Shown one piece after another: positions 29,142 through 39,494 of a stretch of DNA of 64,000 nt (positions are counted from its first letter, which is position 1; each line of letters opens with the position of its first letter). The position numbers and the translations under genes were made by a program. This DNA is from Halobacteriovoraceae bacterium (GTDB taxonomy: Bacteria; Bdellovibrionota; Bacteriovoracia; Bacteriovoracales; Bacteriovoracaceae). The notes below the pieces were generated by a model. It searched no databases, was not told where the DNA came from, and saw only the letters and a program-made list of their open reading frames with translations. The DNA lies in assembly GCA_963719505.1 (NCBI GenBank), contig CAVRCF010000001.1:704001-768000 (forward strand). The letters run 5' to 3'.

Positions 29142-31484
29142 TTAAAAAGTGTAGAGGGAACCCATAGATGCTTGGAATTGTTGGGTTTTTAAGTCTTGGT
29201 CCGAGTGTGTTGAGTTTTGTAATTCAGCAACTCCACGAATAAAGACTCTAATTTGGTTAATTGAATAAAAATAGTAACTTGTGGCCAAGCTTGTTAGCAG
29301 TCCTGAGCCATATCCAATTTTTAAGCTGCTGTTGATGAGGTTTTTGTGCCAAAAGAGATTGGCAGATCCAAAAACAAAATAGTTAAGGATTGTTCCATCA
29401 TTCTTAGCTACAGAATCTTTATTTTCAAAGACGGAGGTGAAACTTGTCGCAATACCAGTTGAGAATTCAAATTTTTTATAATTTGTTAGATATCCAAGTT
29501 CAATTTCTCTTTGCACTAAATCCTGATCATCAAAAACTTCGCCGGTGATTGTGCTAAAGCTAAAATCTAGCTTTTGAGTTTTATAATTAAATTCAAACCC
29601 ATTGGTTGAAACTCCTTCAATATTGAAGTCGCTTTCATTTTCATTCTTATAATCCACCATCGTCATCAGATAGGAAACCTTCATTGAATGATTATGGGGC
29701 GGCTTGCTCTTTTTTGGGACATCTTTAGATGTGACGACTTGAGGCTTTGCTTCCTGAACAATTTCAAGTTTAGAGATATCAGAAAAGGGAGAGAGTCTTC
29801 CCCAAAAATCTCTATAGCGGTAACGCCAGTAAAATTCACCAGTTCTTGGGGCTCTCCATTTAAAAGATGGTCGATTCGTCTTTTGAGTTTTTATTTTTCT
29901 TTTTAATTTGCGATCAGTATAAATTTCAATTTCATACTCTTTAGCATTTTCAACTTTCTGCCAGGCAAGATCAACATTGCCTTCAGTGCTGGCATAGGCC
30001 CTACTAAAAAAATGAAAGGATCTTTTCAAAGAGTTTGATTGGAGTTTTAGTTTCAAACTTGGTAGTTTTTTGGGCTTTTTTGGTCTGGGGTTTGGCTTTA
30101 TTGTAAGGCGCACGGGCTCTTTGTAAACTTTGACACCCTTTTTATCAATAGAATAGGCTCTCCAGTAATAAACGCCAATTTTTGGAAAAACGATAGAGGT
30201 TTTACTTCCTTTGAGTTTCCGAGTTGTTATGAGATTTTTAAAATCTTTTGTCTGAGAGAGTTGGAAGATACTATCCATCTTCTTTTTAGACTGCCAAGAA
30301 AAATTTACTTTTTGATTGGGCTTCTTTAACTCTAGAGTTATCGACTTTATGTTATCAACTTTTTGTTTTGTGAGCACAAAAGTCGAAAATTTTTGATTTT
30401 CTATTTCTGTAAAACTTTTAACAGGAGTAACACTCCAAAAATATTTTCCCTCTAAAGATGTAGTATAGAGATAGTTTTGAGTGTTTGTTTCTTTATAGAA
30501 AATAAGATTTTTGTTGTCGTCAAAGATTTCTAAAAGCCATTTCTTTGCGCCAGCACGGGCCCAAGAAAAGTAAATCTCAGTTTTATCAGAGTAGTAGACC
30601 TTGTCAAAGTTGACTCTCGGAGTGAGGAGGCGAGGGGGTTCAATAAAATATAAAACATTGAAGTTTTGTACTTCGCTTGTGTTCTCTTTTGATTTTACTC
30701 GCCAATAAAAATTTCCAGCTTCAATTTTCTGCTTAGTCGAGTTGAGTATGGGCTGGGCCAGAAAAATTTTGTTAAAAGAGGCATCCTTTGAAACTTGAAG
30801 TTCTAAGGGGTCTAGTTTTGAGGAAATTTCAAAGTGAATAGGTTTTAGCGTAGAAAAAGTTTGTGCATTCTTTGGAGAGATTAATGAAATTTTTGAGGAA
30901 TACACTTTTAGTTTTGAATTGGTTATTTTAACAGATTGATTTTTTGACACTTCAATAAACTTTTTTGTCTTGGTATCTTGAACGTTTATCTTTCCCTCTT
31001 TCACCTCAACTGTTGAGATGGAGTTTTCATTGGTTAGGCTTACTTTTGCGCTACTCGATTTTAAAATGAAGGATGAATTTCCGCTATTAACTTTTAAAGG
31101 CTTTGAGTTCGCTGTGAAATCCACTTCCATATTTCCTTGGTTTAAAGAAATTGAATCTAGAGACAAAATTTCGACCATCGTCTCTGGACCTAGTGAGATA
31201 GTATTTTCGTCTACCTTCATTTTAGCCGAAGAATTTTTGTGGGTAAAAATGAGATTGTTTAATGATAGAGGAGCTTTTATGCCAACTTCTTCCCAACCCA
31301 GAAAGCTTTCACTCTTTCTTTTCACCGTATTGTTAATAGAGATAATCTCTCCAATTGAAGAAATATCCATAGAGGAGTTGATGTTTTTATTCATGAAAAG
31401 TTCTCTGTAACAAATAACGATAGCGATCACGCAGGCAATCGAAATAAAATAGTTGAATGTTTTAGTTGTATAATGAACTTGCAT
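29142..31484 (-). CDS. FecR-domain protein with FN3-like modules and a probable C-terminal beta-barrel
   Basis: N-terminal TM; FecR pattern IFTHKNSSAKM...SLGPETMV...LNQG...VEVKEGKINV; repeated G(N/K/V/E)(F/Y)(Y/F)W(R/S) modules; ends MGSLYTF. Confidence 0.7.
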   Translation of the reverse strand: MQVHYTTKTFNYFISIACVIAIVICYRELFMNKNINSSMDISSIGEIISINNTVKRKSESFLGWEEVGIKAPLSLNNLIFTHKNSSAKMKVDENTISLGPETMVEILSLDSISLNQGNMEVDFTANSKPLKVNSGNSSFILKSSSAKVSLTNENSISTVEVKEGKINVQDTKTKKFIEVSKNQSVKITNSKLKVYSSKISLISPKNAQTFSTLKPIHFEISSKLDPLELQVSKDASFNKIFLAQPILNSTKQKIEAGNFYWRVKSKENTSEVQNFNVLYFIEPPRLLTPRVNFDKVYYSDKTEIYFSWARAGAKKWLLEIFDDNKNLIFYKETNTQNYLYTTSLEGKYFWSVTPVKSFTEIENQKFSTFVLTKQKVDNIKSITLELKKPNQKVNFSWQSKKKMDSIFQLSQTKDFKNLITTRKLKGSKTSIVFPKIGVYYWRAYSIDKKGVKVYKEPVRLTIKPNPRPKKPKKLPSLKLKLQSNSLKRSFHFFSRAYASTEGNVDLAWQKVENAKEYEIEIYTDRKLKRKIKTQKTNRPSFKWRAPRTGEFYWRYRYRDFWGRLSPFSDISKLEIVQEAKPQVVTSKDVPKKSKPPHNHSMKVSYLMTMVDYKNENESDFNIEGVSTNGFEFNYKTQKLDFSFSTITGEVFDDQDLVQREIELGYLTNYKKFEFSTGIATSFTSVFENKDSVAKNDGTILNYFVFGSANLFWHKNLINSSLKIGYGSGLLTSLATSYYFYSINQIRVFIRGVAELQNSTHSDQDLKTQQFQASMGSLYTF

Positions 31485-31524
31485 AAATTTACTTTTATTT
31501 TTTAATTTGTATTATAATCATAAC

Positions 31525-33867
31525 ATGAGAAAAGTTCTTGTTCCTATTCATATTAAGCTGGTTAGCTTTTTTGTCCTCATACTGTGTTGTGCTATCTCCT
31601 TCTATGTCTTTTATGCCACAAATTTATTTAAAACAGATAAGACTGCATACATATTTGAATCCGTAAAAAATCATAATCAAAGCCTCTCAGATGCTGTCAA
31701 AACTGACCTCGAGGAAAAAGAAAGTGTTTTGACTTTGCTAACGACCTTTTATAAAGCTCCGGAGGTTGTAAATACTATTTTAAAGTCTGATGAGGATCTC
31801 ATCGCATTTTCGGTTTTTAATAAGTGGGCTCAAACAAGAAAGTACAATAGTCAGGTAAATGATAGGCGAAGCTTGTCGGGAGAAAAAATAAAAGAGCTTA
31901 TTGGGCAGTCCACTGAAAAGAGAGGTCTCTATAGCGATGACTTGTCATTTCTCATTTGGTCTAAAGAGGGCGATCAGGTGTTTAGTCTCGAGTTTTCAAA
32001 ATTGAAAATCATCGATCAAGTTAAAAACACCTCTTTATTTAAAAATATTCTAGTTGAAGAAAAATCTTGGAAAGCTTTATCTGTGGATTCGAATTATACT
32101 TTTTTAGAAGAGTTGCCTAAAAAGCATCCAAGTACAGGGCTTTCATCTGGAGTGATCGTTAAATTCTTGGGTGGTGAGAAGTACATTTTGGCTTTTAATA
32201 CTCCCTTTAAAAGTTTGAAAGTCTTTACACTTATTAAAGAAAGTATTGCCTTCCAAGCGACAGAAACCCTTGTCAATCGCTCTCTTTATTTTGGTGCTTT
32301 GATTGTAGCCGTTGTCATTCTCCTCATTCTTCTCTTTTCTCGAATCTTTACGAATCCAATAAAGAAGCTTTTTGAACGTTCTCGTGAATTTTCACAAAAT
32401 AATTTTTCAAATCAGGTTGAACTGTCCAATCGAGATGAACTTGGAGTCCTCGCTGATTCAATGAATGAGATGCGTTCTTCAATTCTCAACTATATGGTTG
32501 AGATGCAAGAAAAGAGTCGTTTAGAAGGTGAGATGAAAACCGCTCAATTGGTACAAAAATCTTTCTTTAAGGCCGAAAACCTAAAACTCAGTGGGGCATC
32601 CCTATGTGGTTATTATAAACCGGCTTCAGAGTGTGGTGGTGACTGGTGGGGATCTCGTCATATTTTAGGAAAAGATATTATTATTATATTCGATGCAACT
32701 GGACATGGAACAGGAGCCGCCATGGCCACGGCGATCGCCTTTAACGGTCTTTCTGCAATTGAAACTCTTAGCCAGACAGATGAAAGCTATGCCAATGATC
32801 CATCAAAGATTATGAGTTTTTTAAATAAATCACTTTGTGAAATTCACGGAGATATGATGGCCACAGCTTTTGTCGCCGTTTATGATTCAAGTTTTAAACG
32901 GCTCACTTTTTCAAATGCTTCTCACAACGCACCTTTAAAGATAAATTTCACCTCTGAGACCTATCAAAAAGATCATATTGAACCCCTTGTTCAAGTCAAT
33001 GGAAGAAGACTTGGTGAGAAGCCAGAAGAAGTATACCAAAGCCACCAAGTCGATCTAAACGCGGGTGATAAAGTTCTTTTTTATACAGATGGTTTAACTG
33101 AGGGACAAAATAATAAGCAACAAGACTGGGGACAAAGAAGATTTTTAAAATCAGTAATTAAAAATGTTTCTTTGAGTAATGGACATTTCCTAGAGGGATT
33201 AAAATCTGATGCATTTGAATATTATGAACAGACGGAACCAAAAGATGACATCACAATATTGACCTTAGAAATTGATGAAGTCCAAAGCATTTATACATAC
33301 GAGGATAGCTTTGAAGAGGTTCTAGATAAGTGGGAAGAGCTTGGAGACTTCGACGTTTTTAAGCCTAAGGCCGGGTTAATAAAAGAGAGTTCAAATCAGA
33401 GGCAACTTGCACAAGTTGTCCTCGCGGGTGGAAAATCTCAAGAGGTAAAAAATAAAATATCTTCACTTTTTGATAATATAGATTTTAGTGCATATTTTGG
33501 AGATATTAGAGGCTATCTTGAATCTCTTACAGTCGAGCTTGTAGAAAACTCTCTCGTTCACGGTGGGAGTGAGAGTACTTTACAAATTCTAGAGGACGAT
33601 AACCGTTTTACTATTAGAACCGAGGATAAAGAAGGACTTCTTTCTAAACAAAAGTTTTTTGAAAAGCTTAGAAGGGCCTTTAAAGAGAAAACATTTGAGG
33701 AAAAAGAGTCAGGAGCTGGCCTTGGATTCTATCTGATAGTGAATTTATCTGATATGATAGAGTTTGATTTAAAAGCGGGAAGTCATACAATTATAGAGTG
33801 TTCAATAAATAAGTATAAAAGACTAAAAGAGTATAAACAAAAAAGAATAATAGTGGATTTTAAATAA
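31525..33867 (+). CDS. Membrane sensor: periplasmic domain, HAMP, SpoIIE/PP2C phosphatase, C-terminal RsbW-like HATPase domain
   Basis: Two TMs; HAMP NPIKKL...RDELGVLADSMNEM; PP2C GGDWW, DATGHG, YTDGLTE, DDIT; ELVENSLVHG and GAGLGFYLI boxes; start taken at ATG 31525. Confidence 0.88.
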   Translation: MRKVLVPIHIKLVSFFVLILCCAISFYVFYATNLFKTDKTAYIFESVKNHNQSLSDAVKTDLEEKESVLTLLTTFYKAPEVVNTILKSDEDLIAFSVFNKWAQTRKYNSQVNDRRSLSGEKIKELIGQSTEKRGLYSDDLSFLIWSKEGDQVFSLEFSKLKIIDQVKNTSLFKNILVEEKSWKALSVDSNYTFLEELPKKHPSTGLSSGVIVKFLGGEKYILAFNTPFKSLKVFTLIKESIAFQATETLVNRSLYFGALIVAVVILLILLFSRIFTNPIKKLFERSREFSQNNFSNQVELSNRDELGVLADSMNEMRSSILNYMVEMQEKSRLEGEMKTAQLVQKSFFKAENLKLSGASLCGYYKPASECGGDWWGSRHILGKDIIIIFDATGHGTGAAMATAIAFNGLSAIETLSQTDESYANDPSKIMSFLNKSLCEIHGDMMATAFVAVYDSSFKRLTFSNASHNAPLKINFTSETYQKDHIEPLVQVNGRRLGEKPEEVYQSHQVDLNAGDKVLFYTDGLTEGQNNKQQDWGQRRFLKSVIKNVSLSNGHFLEGLKSDAFEYYEQTEPKDDITILTLEIDEVQSIYTYEDSFEEVLDKWEELGDFDVFKPKAGLIKESSNQRQLAQVVLAGGKSQEVKNKISSLFDNIDFSAYFGDIRGYLESLTVELVENSLVHGGSESTLQILEDDNRFTIRTEDKEGLLSKQKFFEKLRRAFKEKTFEEKESGAGLGFYLIVNLSDMIEFDLKAGSHTIIECSINKYKRLKEYKQKRIIVDFK

Positions 33868-33879
33868 GATGAGGTTTTT

Positions 33880-34344
33880 ATGAGCTCGCAGCTAAAAATA
33901 GAGCAGATTCAGCAGGGAGATCAGACAATTGTTGTTTTCTCTGGTGGTATTGACGAGGACAGCTCTTTTGAGAATGTCCCAAAGTTAAACAGTAAAATCA
34001 CTTTTGACCTATCAAACGTTCAAAAAATAAATTCTTGTGGCATCAGAGAGTGGATAAAGTTTCAAGATGAACTAGATCCCAATTTGAAGATTACCTATCG
34101 TGGTTGCTCGCAAGTCATTGTGGAACAAATGAATATCATAAAAGGTTTCGTGAGAGCTGGTGGAGTTATAGAGTCCTTCTACGCTCCTTACTTTGATGAG
34201 GAAAATGATGAAGAGGTCAAAATTCTCATTACTCCAAAAGAGGTTGTTGATGGCAAAGCCCCTGTTAAAAAGAATGCTGAAGGCGTTGAATTAAAGTTTG
34301 ATGAAATAGAAGCTCAATACTTTAATTTCTTGAAAGGAATATAA
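33880..34344 (+). CDS. STAS-domain (anti-sigma antagonist-like) protein
   Basis: FSGGIDED, FDLSNVQKINSCGIREW (Ser at the D/N-S-x-G phospho-acceptor position). Confidence 0.8.
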   Translation: MSSQLKIEQIQQGDQTIVVFSGGIDEDSSFENVPKLNSKITFDLSNVQKINSCGIREWIKFQDELDPNLKITYRGCSQVIVEQMNIIKGFVRAGGVIESFYAPYFDEENDEEVKILITPKEVVDGKAPVKKNAEGVELKFDEIEAQYFNFLKGI

Positions 34345-34350
34345 ATAAAA

Positions 34351-35730
34351 ATGGATTATTCTCTACTTGATCACTTACAAAATCCGATATTCGTTGTCGA
34401 TAAAGATGGCAAAGTCTTGTATTCCAATCATTTTTGTTCGACCTATTTTGGACTTCCCCCAAGAAAGCTAAAAGCATTCGAATTCATTTTTGAACTTCTA
34501 AAAGTAGAGAAGAAAAGTGTACAAGAATATTTAGATAACGCTTTGAAAGAAGATTCACCAATGGTGTCAACTGAGATCACGTTGAGTCCACAAGAGGGCG
34601 AAGGAGCTCAAACAGTTATCATTAAGTACATCCCTAGTGGGGGAAATGTCATTGTGGCTCTCAATGATTTATCCATTGAGAAGCAATTGCATGAGAAGTA
34701 TAAGATGCAAGTTCAAGAGTTGAGACAAACTCACGATCAAATTGTTAAAACGGACAAACTGGCCGCGATTGGAGAACTTATTGCGGGAGTTGGTCATGAG
34801 ATTAGTAATCCACTGACTATTATCAATAATCGAATTTCTAAAATTGAAGAAAACCTTATCACGCTAGATCTTGATGATTTAGGAGAAAACATTGTTGAGA
34901 TTTCTAGTGGCGTCTCAAGAATTAATAAAATTATAGCAAATATGCAGTCATTCGTGAGAAGCGAAGATGATGAAAAGGAGCTTGTCTCGCTGGGAGAAAC
35001 TCTGGAGGCAAGTAAGATCTTTTTAGAGGATCTTAACTTAAAGAAGTCTCAGATCTCTATTCACGCTAAAAAAGATGTTTGGAGCTTTGGAAATAGCTTA
35101 AAGATCCAACAAGTTTTTATTAACTTAATGAAAAATTCTATTCAAGCAATGAATGGATCTGACACCGCGAAGATTGATATCACATTAAGAATTGATCATG
35201 ACGATCAAAGTGCCGTGATAGAATTTCAAGATAACGGTCCAGGAATTGAGAAAGGCTTGGAAGAGAAAATTTTTGACATGTTTTATACCAGTAAAGATAT
35301 AGATCAGGGAACTGGTCTAGGCCTGGCCATTTCCAGAAAAATTATGGAGTCAATGCAAGGCTCAATTGAACTTGGTCAAAGTAATAGTGGGGCTAAATTT
35401 GTATGCTCTCTCCCTCTTGTGGAGTTTGCTACTTATACTAACTCAAATGAATATCTCAGCGGGGAAAAAGAGGTCGAGGATCCAAAAATTTTAATCGTTG
35501 GTCAAGATCTCTCTTTAGTGAATTCTGTTTATAAAAGCTTAGAGGGAGAGGACTTAGTTCTCATATGCTCTAATGAAGCCCTCAAGATTGATGAACTTAT
35601 TGATTTTTTTGCTGTCGACTTTATTTTCCATTTTGAAAAAGAAATGGAACTTGAAGTTAACTCTTGCTCTTTAAAGGGGATCTCAATCGAGAAAGCCGAT
35701 TTAAAGAAAAGGATTATCATCGATGGCTAG
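34351..35730 (+). CDS. PAS-domain sensor histidine kinase with degenerate C-terminal receiver-like region
   Basis: PAS-like N-terminus; H box GHEISNPL; NLMKNS; DNGPGI; FYTSK; GTGLGL. Confidence 0.92.
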   Translation: MDYSLLDHLQNPIFVVDKDGKVLYSNHFCSTYFGLPPRKLKAFEFIFELLKVEKKSVQEYLDNALKEDSPMVSTEITLSPQEGEGAQTVIIKYIPSGGNVIVALNDLSIEKQLHEKYKMQVQELRQTHDQIVKTDKLAAIGELIAGVGHEISNPLTIINNRISKIEENLITLDLDDLGENIVEISSGVSRINKIIANMQSFVRSEDDEKELVSLGETLEASKIFLEDLNLKKSQISIHAKKDVWSFGNSLKIQQVFINLMKNSIQAMNGSDTAKIDITLRIDHDDQSAVIEFQDNGPGIEKGLEEKIFDMFYTSKDIDQGTGLGLAISRKIMESMQGSIELGQSNSGAKFVCSLPLVEFATYTNSNEYLSGEKEVEDPKILIVGQDLSLVNSVYKSLEGEDLVLICSNEALKIDELIDFFAVDFIFHFEKEMELEVNSCSLKGISIEKADLKKRIIIDG

Positions 35731-36277
35731 TTCTAAAAAATTTAATGTTCTCATTGTTGATGATGAAGAAAAAATCACGAATATTATTCAGCAGTATTTA
35801 AAACTCTATGATGGTTTTAACAAAATTGTTATCGCCTCAAGTGTTGTGCAAGCAACTCAAAAGCTTGCCAATCAAGAGTTTGACCTCATCATTACCGATC
35901 TCTATATGGGAAAGGCTGGGGGAACAAATTTAATCGAGTATACGAAAAAACATCCAAAGTATAATAAGATAAAATATGTTGTTGTTTCTGGCTTTGTCAG
36001 TAAAGATGTAACGATTCGCCTTATTAAACATGGTATTCGACATATCATTGTGAAGCCTTTCTCAACAAGACAGATTTTGGAAACTGTTTTTAAAGCCTTA
36101 AAAATTTCTAAAAAACCAGAGGAATTGGCCAACACTATAATTATTCACCTGGCCGAAAAGCTTCAAAGTCAAAAAGAGAGAATTTTAGAGGATCGAAAAG
36201 AAGCTATCTCAAAAAAATTAGAAAAATATTATAAAGAACACGAAAGAATAGAGGCACAGAAAGATAATGAGGACTAA
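35723..36277 (+). CDS. Response regulator (receiver plus charged helical tail, no evident DNA-binding domain)
   Basis: VLIVDDEE, IITDLYM, VVSG, VKPF. Confidence 0.9.
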   Translation: MASSKKFNVLIVDDEEKITNIIQQYLKLYDGFNKIVIASSVVQATQKLANQEFDLIITDLYMGKAGGTNLIEYTKKHPKYNKIKYVVVSGFVSKDVTIRLIKHGIRHIIVKPFSTRQILETVFKALKISKKPEELANTIIIHLAEKLQSQKERILEDRKEAISKKLEKYYKEHERIEAQKDNED

Positions 36278-36741
36278 TTCAACTGTCTTAGGGCTTCGAA
36301 AACGACGGCTGTTGCAGTGTTAGAAAGATTGAGAGATCTTATATGCTCTGAAAACATGGGAAGGTGAAACATTCTATCCTCATACTCCGTATAAAAAGTC
36401 TTGGGAAGGCCACTCGTTTCGGCTCCGAAAACAAGATAACAATCTTCACTGTAATTTGCTTGATAATGATTTTGCCTGACATTATTTTCAAAAAAGATGA
36501 GCTTCTCTCTTTGAGGATTTTCAATTTCTAAAAAACTTTCCCACGAATCAAATTCTTTTATTTTGACATGCTTCCAGTAATCAAGTCCTGCTCGTCTGAC
36601 AGCTTTTTCATCGATGTCAAAACCATAGGGCTTAATGAGAATAAGCTCTAGCCCCAAGGCGACACAAGTACGCCCGATACTTCCTGTGTTACCAGGAATC
36701 TCGGGCGTGTATAAAACAATTTTAAAATTTTTTTGTTGCAT
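36274..36741 (-). CDS. trmL: tRNA (cytidine/uridine-34 2'-O)-methyltransferase
   Basis: PEIPGNTG, RRAGLDYW, FGAETSGLP, RSLNLSN. Confidence 0.95.
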   Translation of the reverse strand: MQQKNFKIVLYTPEIPGNTGSIGRTCVALGLELILIKPYGFDIDEKAVRRAGLDYWKHVKIKEFDSWESFLEIENPQREKLIFFENNVRQNHYQANYSEDCYLVFGAETSGLPKTFYTEYEDRMFHLPMFSEHIRSLNLSNTATAVVFEALRQLN

Positions 36742-38244
36742 CTACTTCATTAAAATATTTGTAAGAGTTCTAACCATCATTCCTGATCCACCTTTAGCTG
36801 GACAGTAGGGAAGGTGAGATTGATCACTTGCAACACCAGCGATGTCAAGGTGAGCCCACTCTATTCCTTCAGTGATAAAGTTCTCTAAAAAGCACGCAGC
36901 CGTTGCTGTACCAGCAAATCGACCCTGGCTAATATTTTGAAGGTCAGCGAATTTTGATTTCATTGACTCTCTCCACTCTGGGATAATAGGAAGTTGCCAT
37001 GCATACTCGTCTGATTTTTTTGCAGAGTCAGTGACAACTTTACAAGCTTTATCAGACCCTAGGACTGCACATACTTGAGTTCCAAGTGCTACTAAACATG
37101 CACCAGTTAAAGTGGCAGCATTAAAAATCATATCTGGTTTTAAGTCACTGGCATAGCTTAGGCAGTCACCAAGAACCAGACGACCTTCAGCGTCCGTGTT
37201 TAATATTTCTACTGTCTTTCCATTTCTAGCCGTCACAATTGAATCAGGAACTGTTGCGTGTTCATTAACAGCGTTATCCGTCATTCCAAGGATACATGTA
37301 ATTTTATAAGGTGAACCGTTGAGAACAGCTGCTCTAAAAGCTCCATAAACAGTTGCGGAACCACACATATCGTATTTCATATTCACCATAGAAGCGCCGG
37401 GTTTTAATGAATATCCACCAGTATCAAAAGTTAAACCTTTACCAACAAGTGCTAAGTGTTTTGTATTCTTCGTAACTTTCTTTGGCGTATATGTAAGGTG
37501 AACAAGTCTAGGTTGGTGAGCACTACCAGAGTTTACGGAAAGAAACATTCCCATTCCCTCTTTTTTCAGCTCTGGTTTTCCGAGAATCTTTGTTTTTACA
37601 CCTTTTAGATTTTCTTTAACGTCTTTTTCAATTCTTTTTGCATACTCTTCTGAGTGAAGAATATTTGGAGCTTCACTTCCAAGATCGCGCGCAAAATTCA
37701 TTGAGTCAGTAATATTGTCATTCTCAGCGATAGCTTTTTCTAAAGACTTCTTTACCTTAGCATCATTCACGTAGAGACAAATCTCTGAAAATGTCGGAGT
37801 CATTTTTTCAGTCTTATACTTATCAAAATTGTAAGATGTGAGCTTAATAGCTTCATTGATGATAACAGCAGAGTCTGCAAGTTTGTTGATGCAGTTAAAC
37901 GAGGCCACATCGATAGCAACTGTTTTATACTTTTTAGGTGAGAATGATTTGTACGCATTGGCGATAGCTTTTCTCAACTCTTCAGATTTGGCTTTTGTTT
38001 TTTCACCTAGTCCTACAACCATAACCGATTGACCGTAGCTATTTGTAAAAAAGAAAGAGGCTCCAGCGCTTCCAGTAAACTCTTCACTGTCAGTAATAAC
38101 GTGAAACTCTTTAATAAGATCTTTGTCCGACCAAGAAAGAACGAGGCTTTTTTCGTCATCTTTTACTTTTTCATAGGCACCAAAAACTTTTAATGAGGCA
38201 TTATCTAAATGCTCTGTCTTAAAATCTACATGTACTTTCATCAA
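36742..38244 (-). CDS. pepA: Leucyl aminopeptidase (M17)
   Basis: VGKGLTFDTGG, MKYDM, NTDAEGRL, ATLTGA, WAHLDIAG. Confidence 0.96.
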   Translation of the reverse strand: MMKVHVDFKTEHLDNASLKVFGAYEKVKDDEKSLVLSWSDKDLIKEFHVITDSEEFTGSAGASFFFTNSYGQSVMVVGLGEKTKAKSEELRKAIANAYKSFSPKKYKTVAIDVASFNCINKLADSAVIINEAIKLTSYNFDKYKTEKMTPTFSEICLYVNDAKVKKSLEKAIAENDNITDSMNFARDLGSEAPNILHSEEYAKRIEKDVKENLKGVKTKILGKPELKKEGMGMFLSVNSGSAHQPRLVHLTYTPKKVTKNTKHLALVGKGLTFDTGGYSLKPGASMVNMKYDMCGSATVYGAFRAAVLNGSPYKITCILGMTDNAVNEHATVPDSIVTARNGKTVEILNTDAEGRLVLGDCLSYASDLKPDMIFNAATLTGACLVALGTQVCAVLGSDKACKVVTDSAKKSDEYAWQLPIIPEWRESMKSKFADLQNISQGRFAGTATAACFLENFITEGIEWAHLDIAGVASDQSHLPYCPAKGGSGMMVRTLTNILMK

Positions 38245-38328
38245 TTCTCCTGTGTATAAATCGTTATTAATTCTTTTATTCTTAAAAATTCAATTCCAAA
38301 GCTAGCACATATCTTGTAATCTATCTTT

Positions 38329-39459
38329 ATGCCCAGCATATATAGTCTCTATTTAGCCTCAAACTTCGTTTTGCCATTTATGGTGAGTACGGTATTTTTC
38401 GTCACTTTTTTGATGACGTTTGAGCTTTTTAGAATTTTACAACTTATGTCGTCTAAAGATATCACAGTTGGTTTTATTCTAGGAATGATGGGAGATGTTG
38501 CCGTCACGCTCGTGCCGATGGCCGTGCCGCTTTCCATCTTTTTCTCAACAATTTATTGTCTCAACAAGCTCTCAGGGGATTCGGAGTATATTGCTTTGCG
38601 TTCTTTTGGGCTTCAAAAGATTAAGATTCTCACGCCCTTTGTTTTGATCAGTTTAGTCATGGCCATAAATTTATATTTTCTTAATCAAGACCTTGTCCCA
38701 AGCGCCCATAGAAGTGTGAGAAAAAAAATTAAAATTATCAGTTCAACAAGTCTTATTGAAGGAATTAGAACGGGCCAGTTTTTTACACGTATTCCAAATG
38801 TTACTCTTTTTGCGGAAAATGTGGATGAGATTACTAAAGAACTTGATAGTGTCTACCTCCATATCTTTGATCCAAAAACTTCCAGAGAAAAAATTATTCA
38901 CGCCAAATCTGGTCAGATTCTCTATGAAAAAAACGAACAGACCGGTCTTGAAACTTTTAATTTACTTTTACTCAACGGAAATATTATTGATACAGGTCTC
39001 AATCATGAAAATATAGAGAAGATTCTTTTTGAAAAATATACTTTCCCTATATCTGAGCAGAAGTTCTCTTACAAACCCTCAACCAAAGAAATTATGTTAA
39101 ATAGAGAGGAGCTAAGCGCCTATATTAAAGGTGGTGAAGAGGCTTCTAAAGCCAGAGGAGTAAAGAAGAAGGATTACTTCAATGCAACTTATGAATTCTG
39201 GAATCGATTTAACACTCCTGTTTTAGTGATGTTGTTGACCTTTCTTGGTTTTGGATTAGGGGTAAGACCTAATAGATCCAGAGGAAAAAACTCCAGTGGT
39301 AAAGGAATTCTCATCTTGATTGGATACTATGTTATTTTCTTCTCACTAGTCAGTGCTGCACGAGATGGAGCTTTACCGCTTTTTATGGCCATGACAATCC
39401 CGGCTTTATTTTTATTTGGGATATCCACTTACTACTACAAAGCTTTGGATTGGCAATAG
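38329..39459 (+). CDS. LptF/LptG-family LPS export permease
   Basis: Three TMs, periplasmic beta domain, three TMs; LSGDSEYIALRSFG motif. Confidence 0.9.
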   Translation: MPSIYSLYLASNFVLPFMVSTVFFVTFLMTFELFRILQLMSSKDITVGFILGMMGDVAVTLVPMAVPLSIFFSTIYCLNKLSGDSEYIALRSFGLQKIKILTPFVLISLVMAINLYFLNQDLVPSAHRSVRKKIKIISSTSLIEGIRTGQFFTRIPNVTLFAENVDEITKELDSVYLHIFDPKTSREKIIHAKSGQILYEKNEQTGLETFNLLLLNGNIIDTGLNHENIEKILFEKYTFPISEQKFSYKPSTKEIMLNREELSAYIKGGEEASKARGVKKKDYFNATYEFWNRFNTPVLVMLLTFLGFGLGVRPNRSRGKNSSGKGILILIGYYVIFFSLVSAARDGALPLFMAMTIPALFLFGISTYYYKALDWQ

Positions 39460-39494
39460 AGTTTTTGTGCCCCGCTTCCAGTCCTTTTTTGGCC

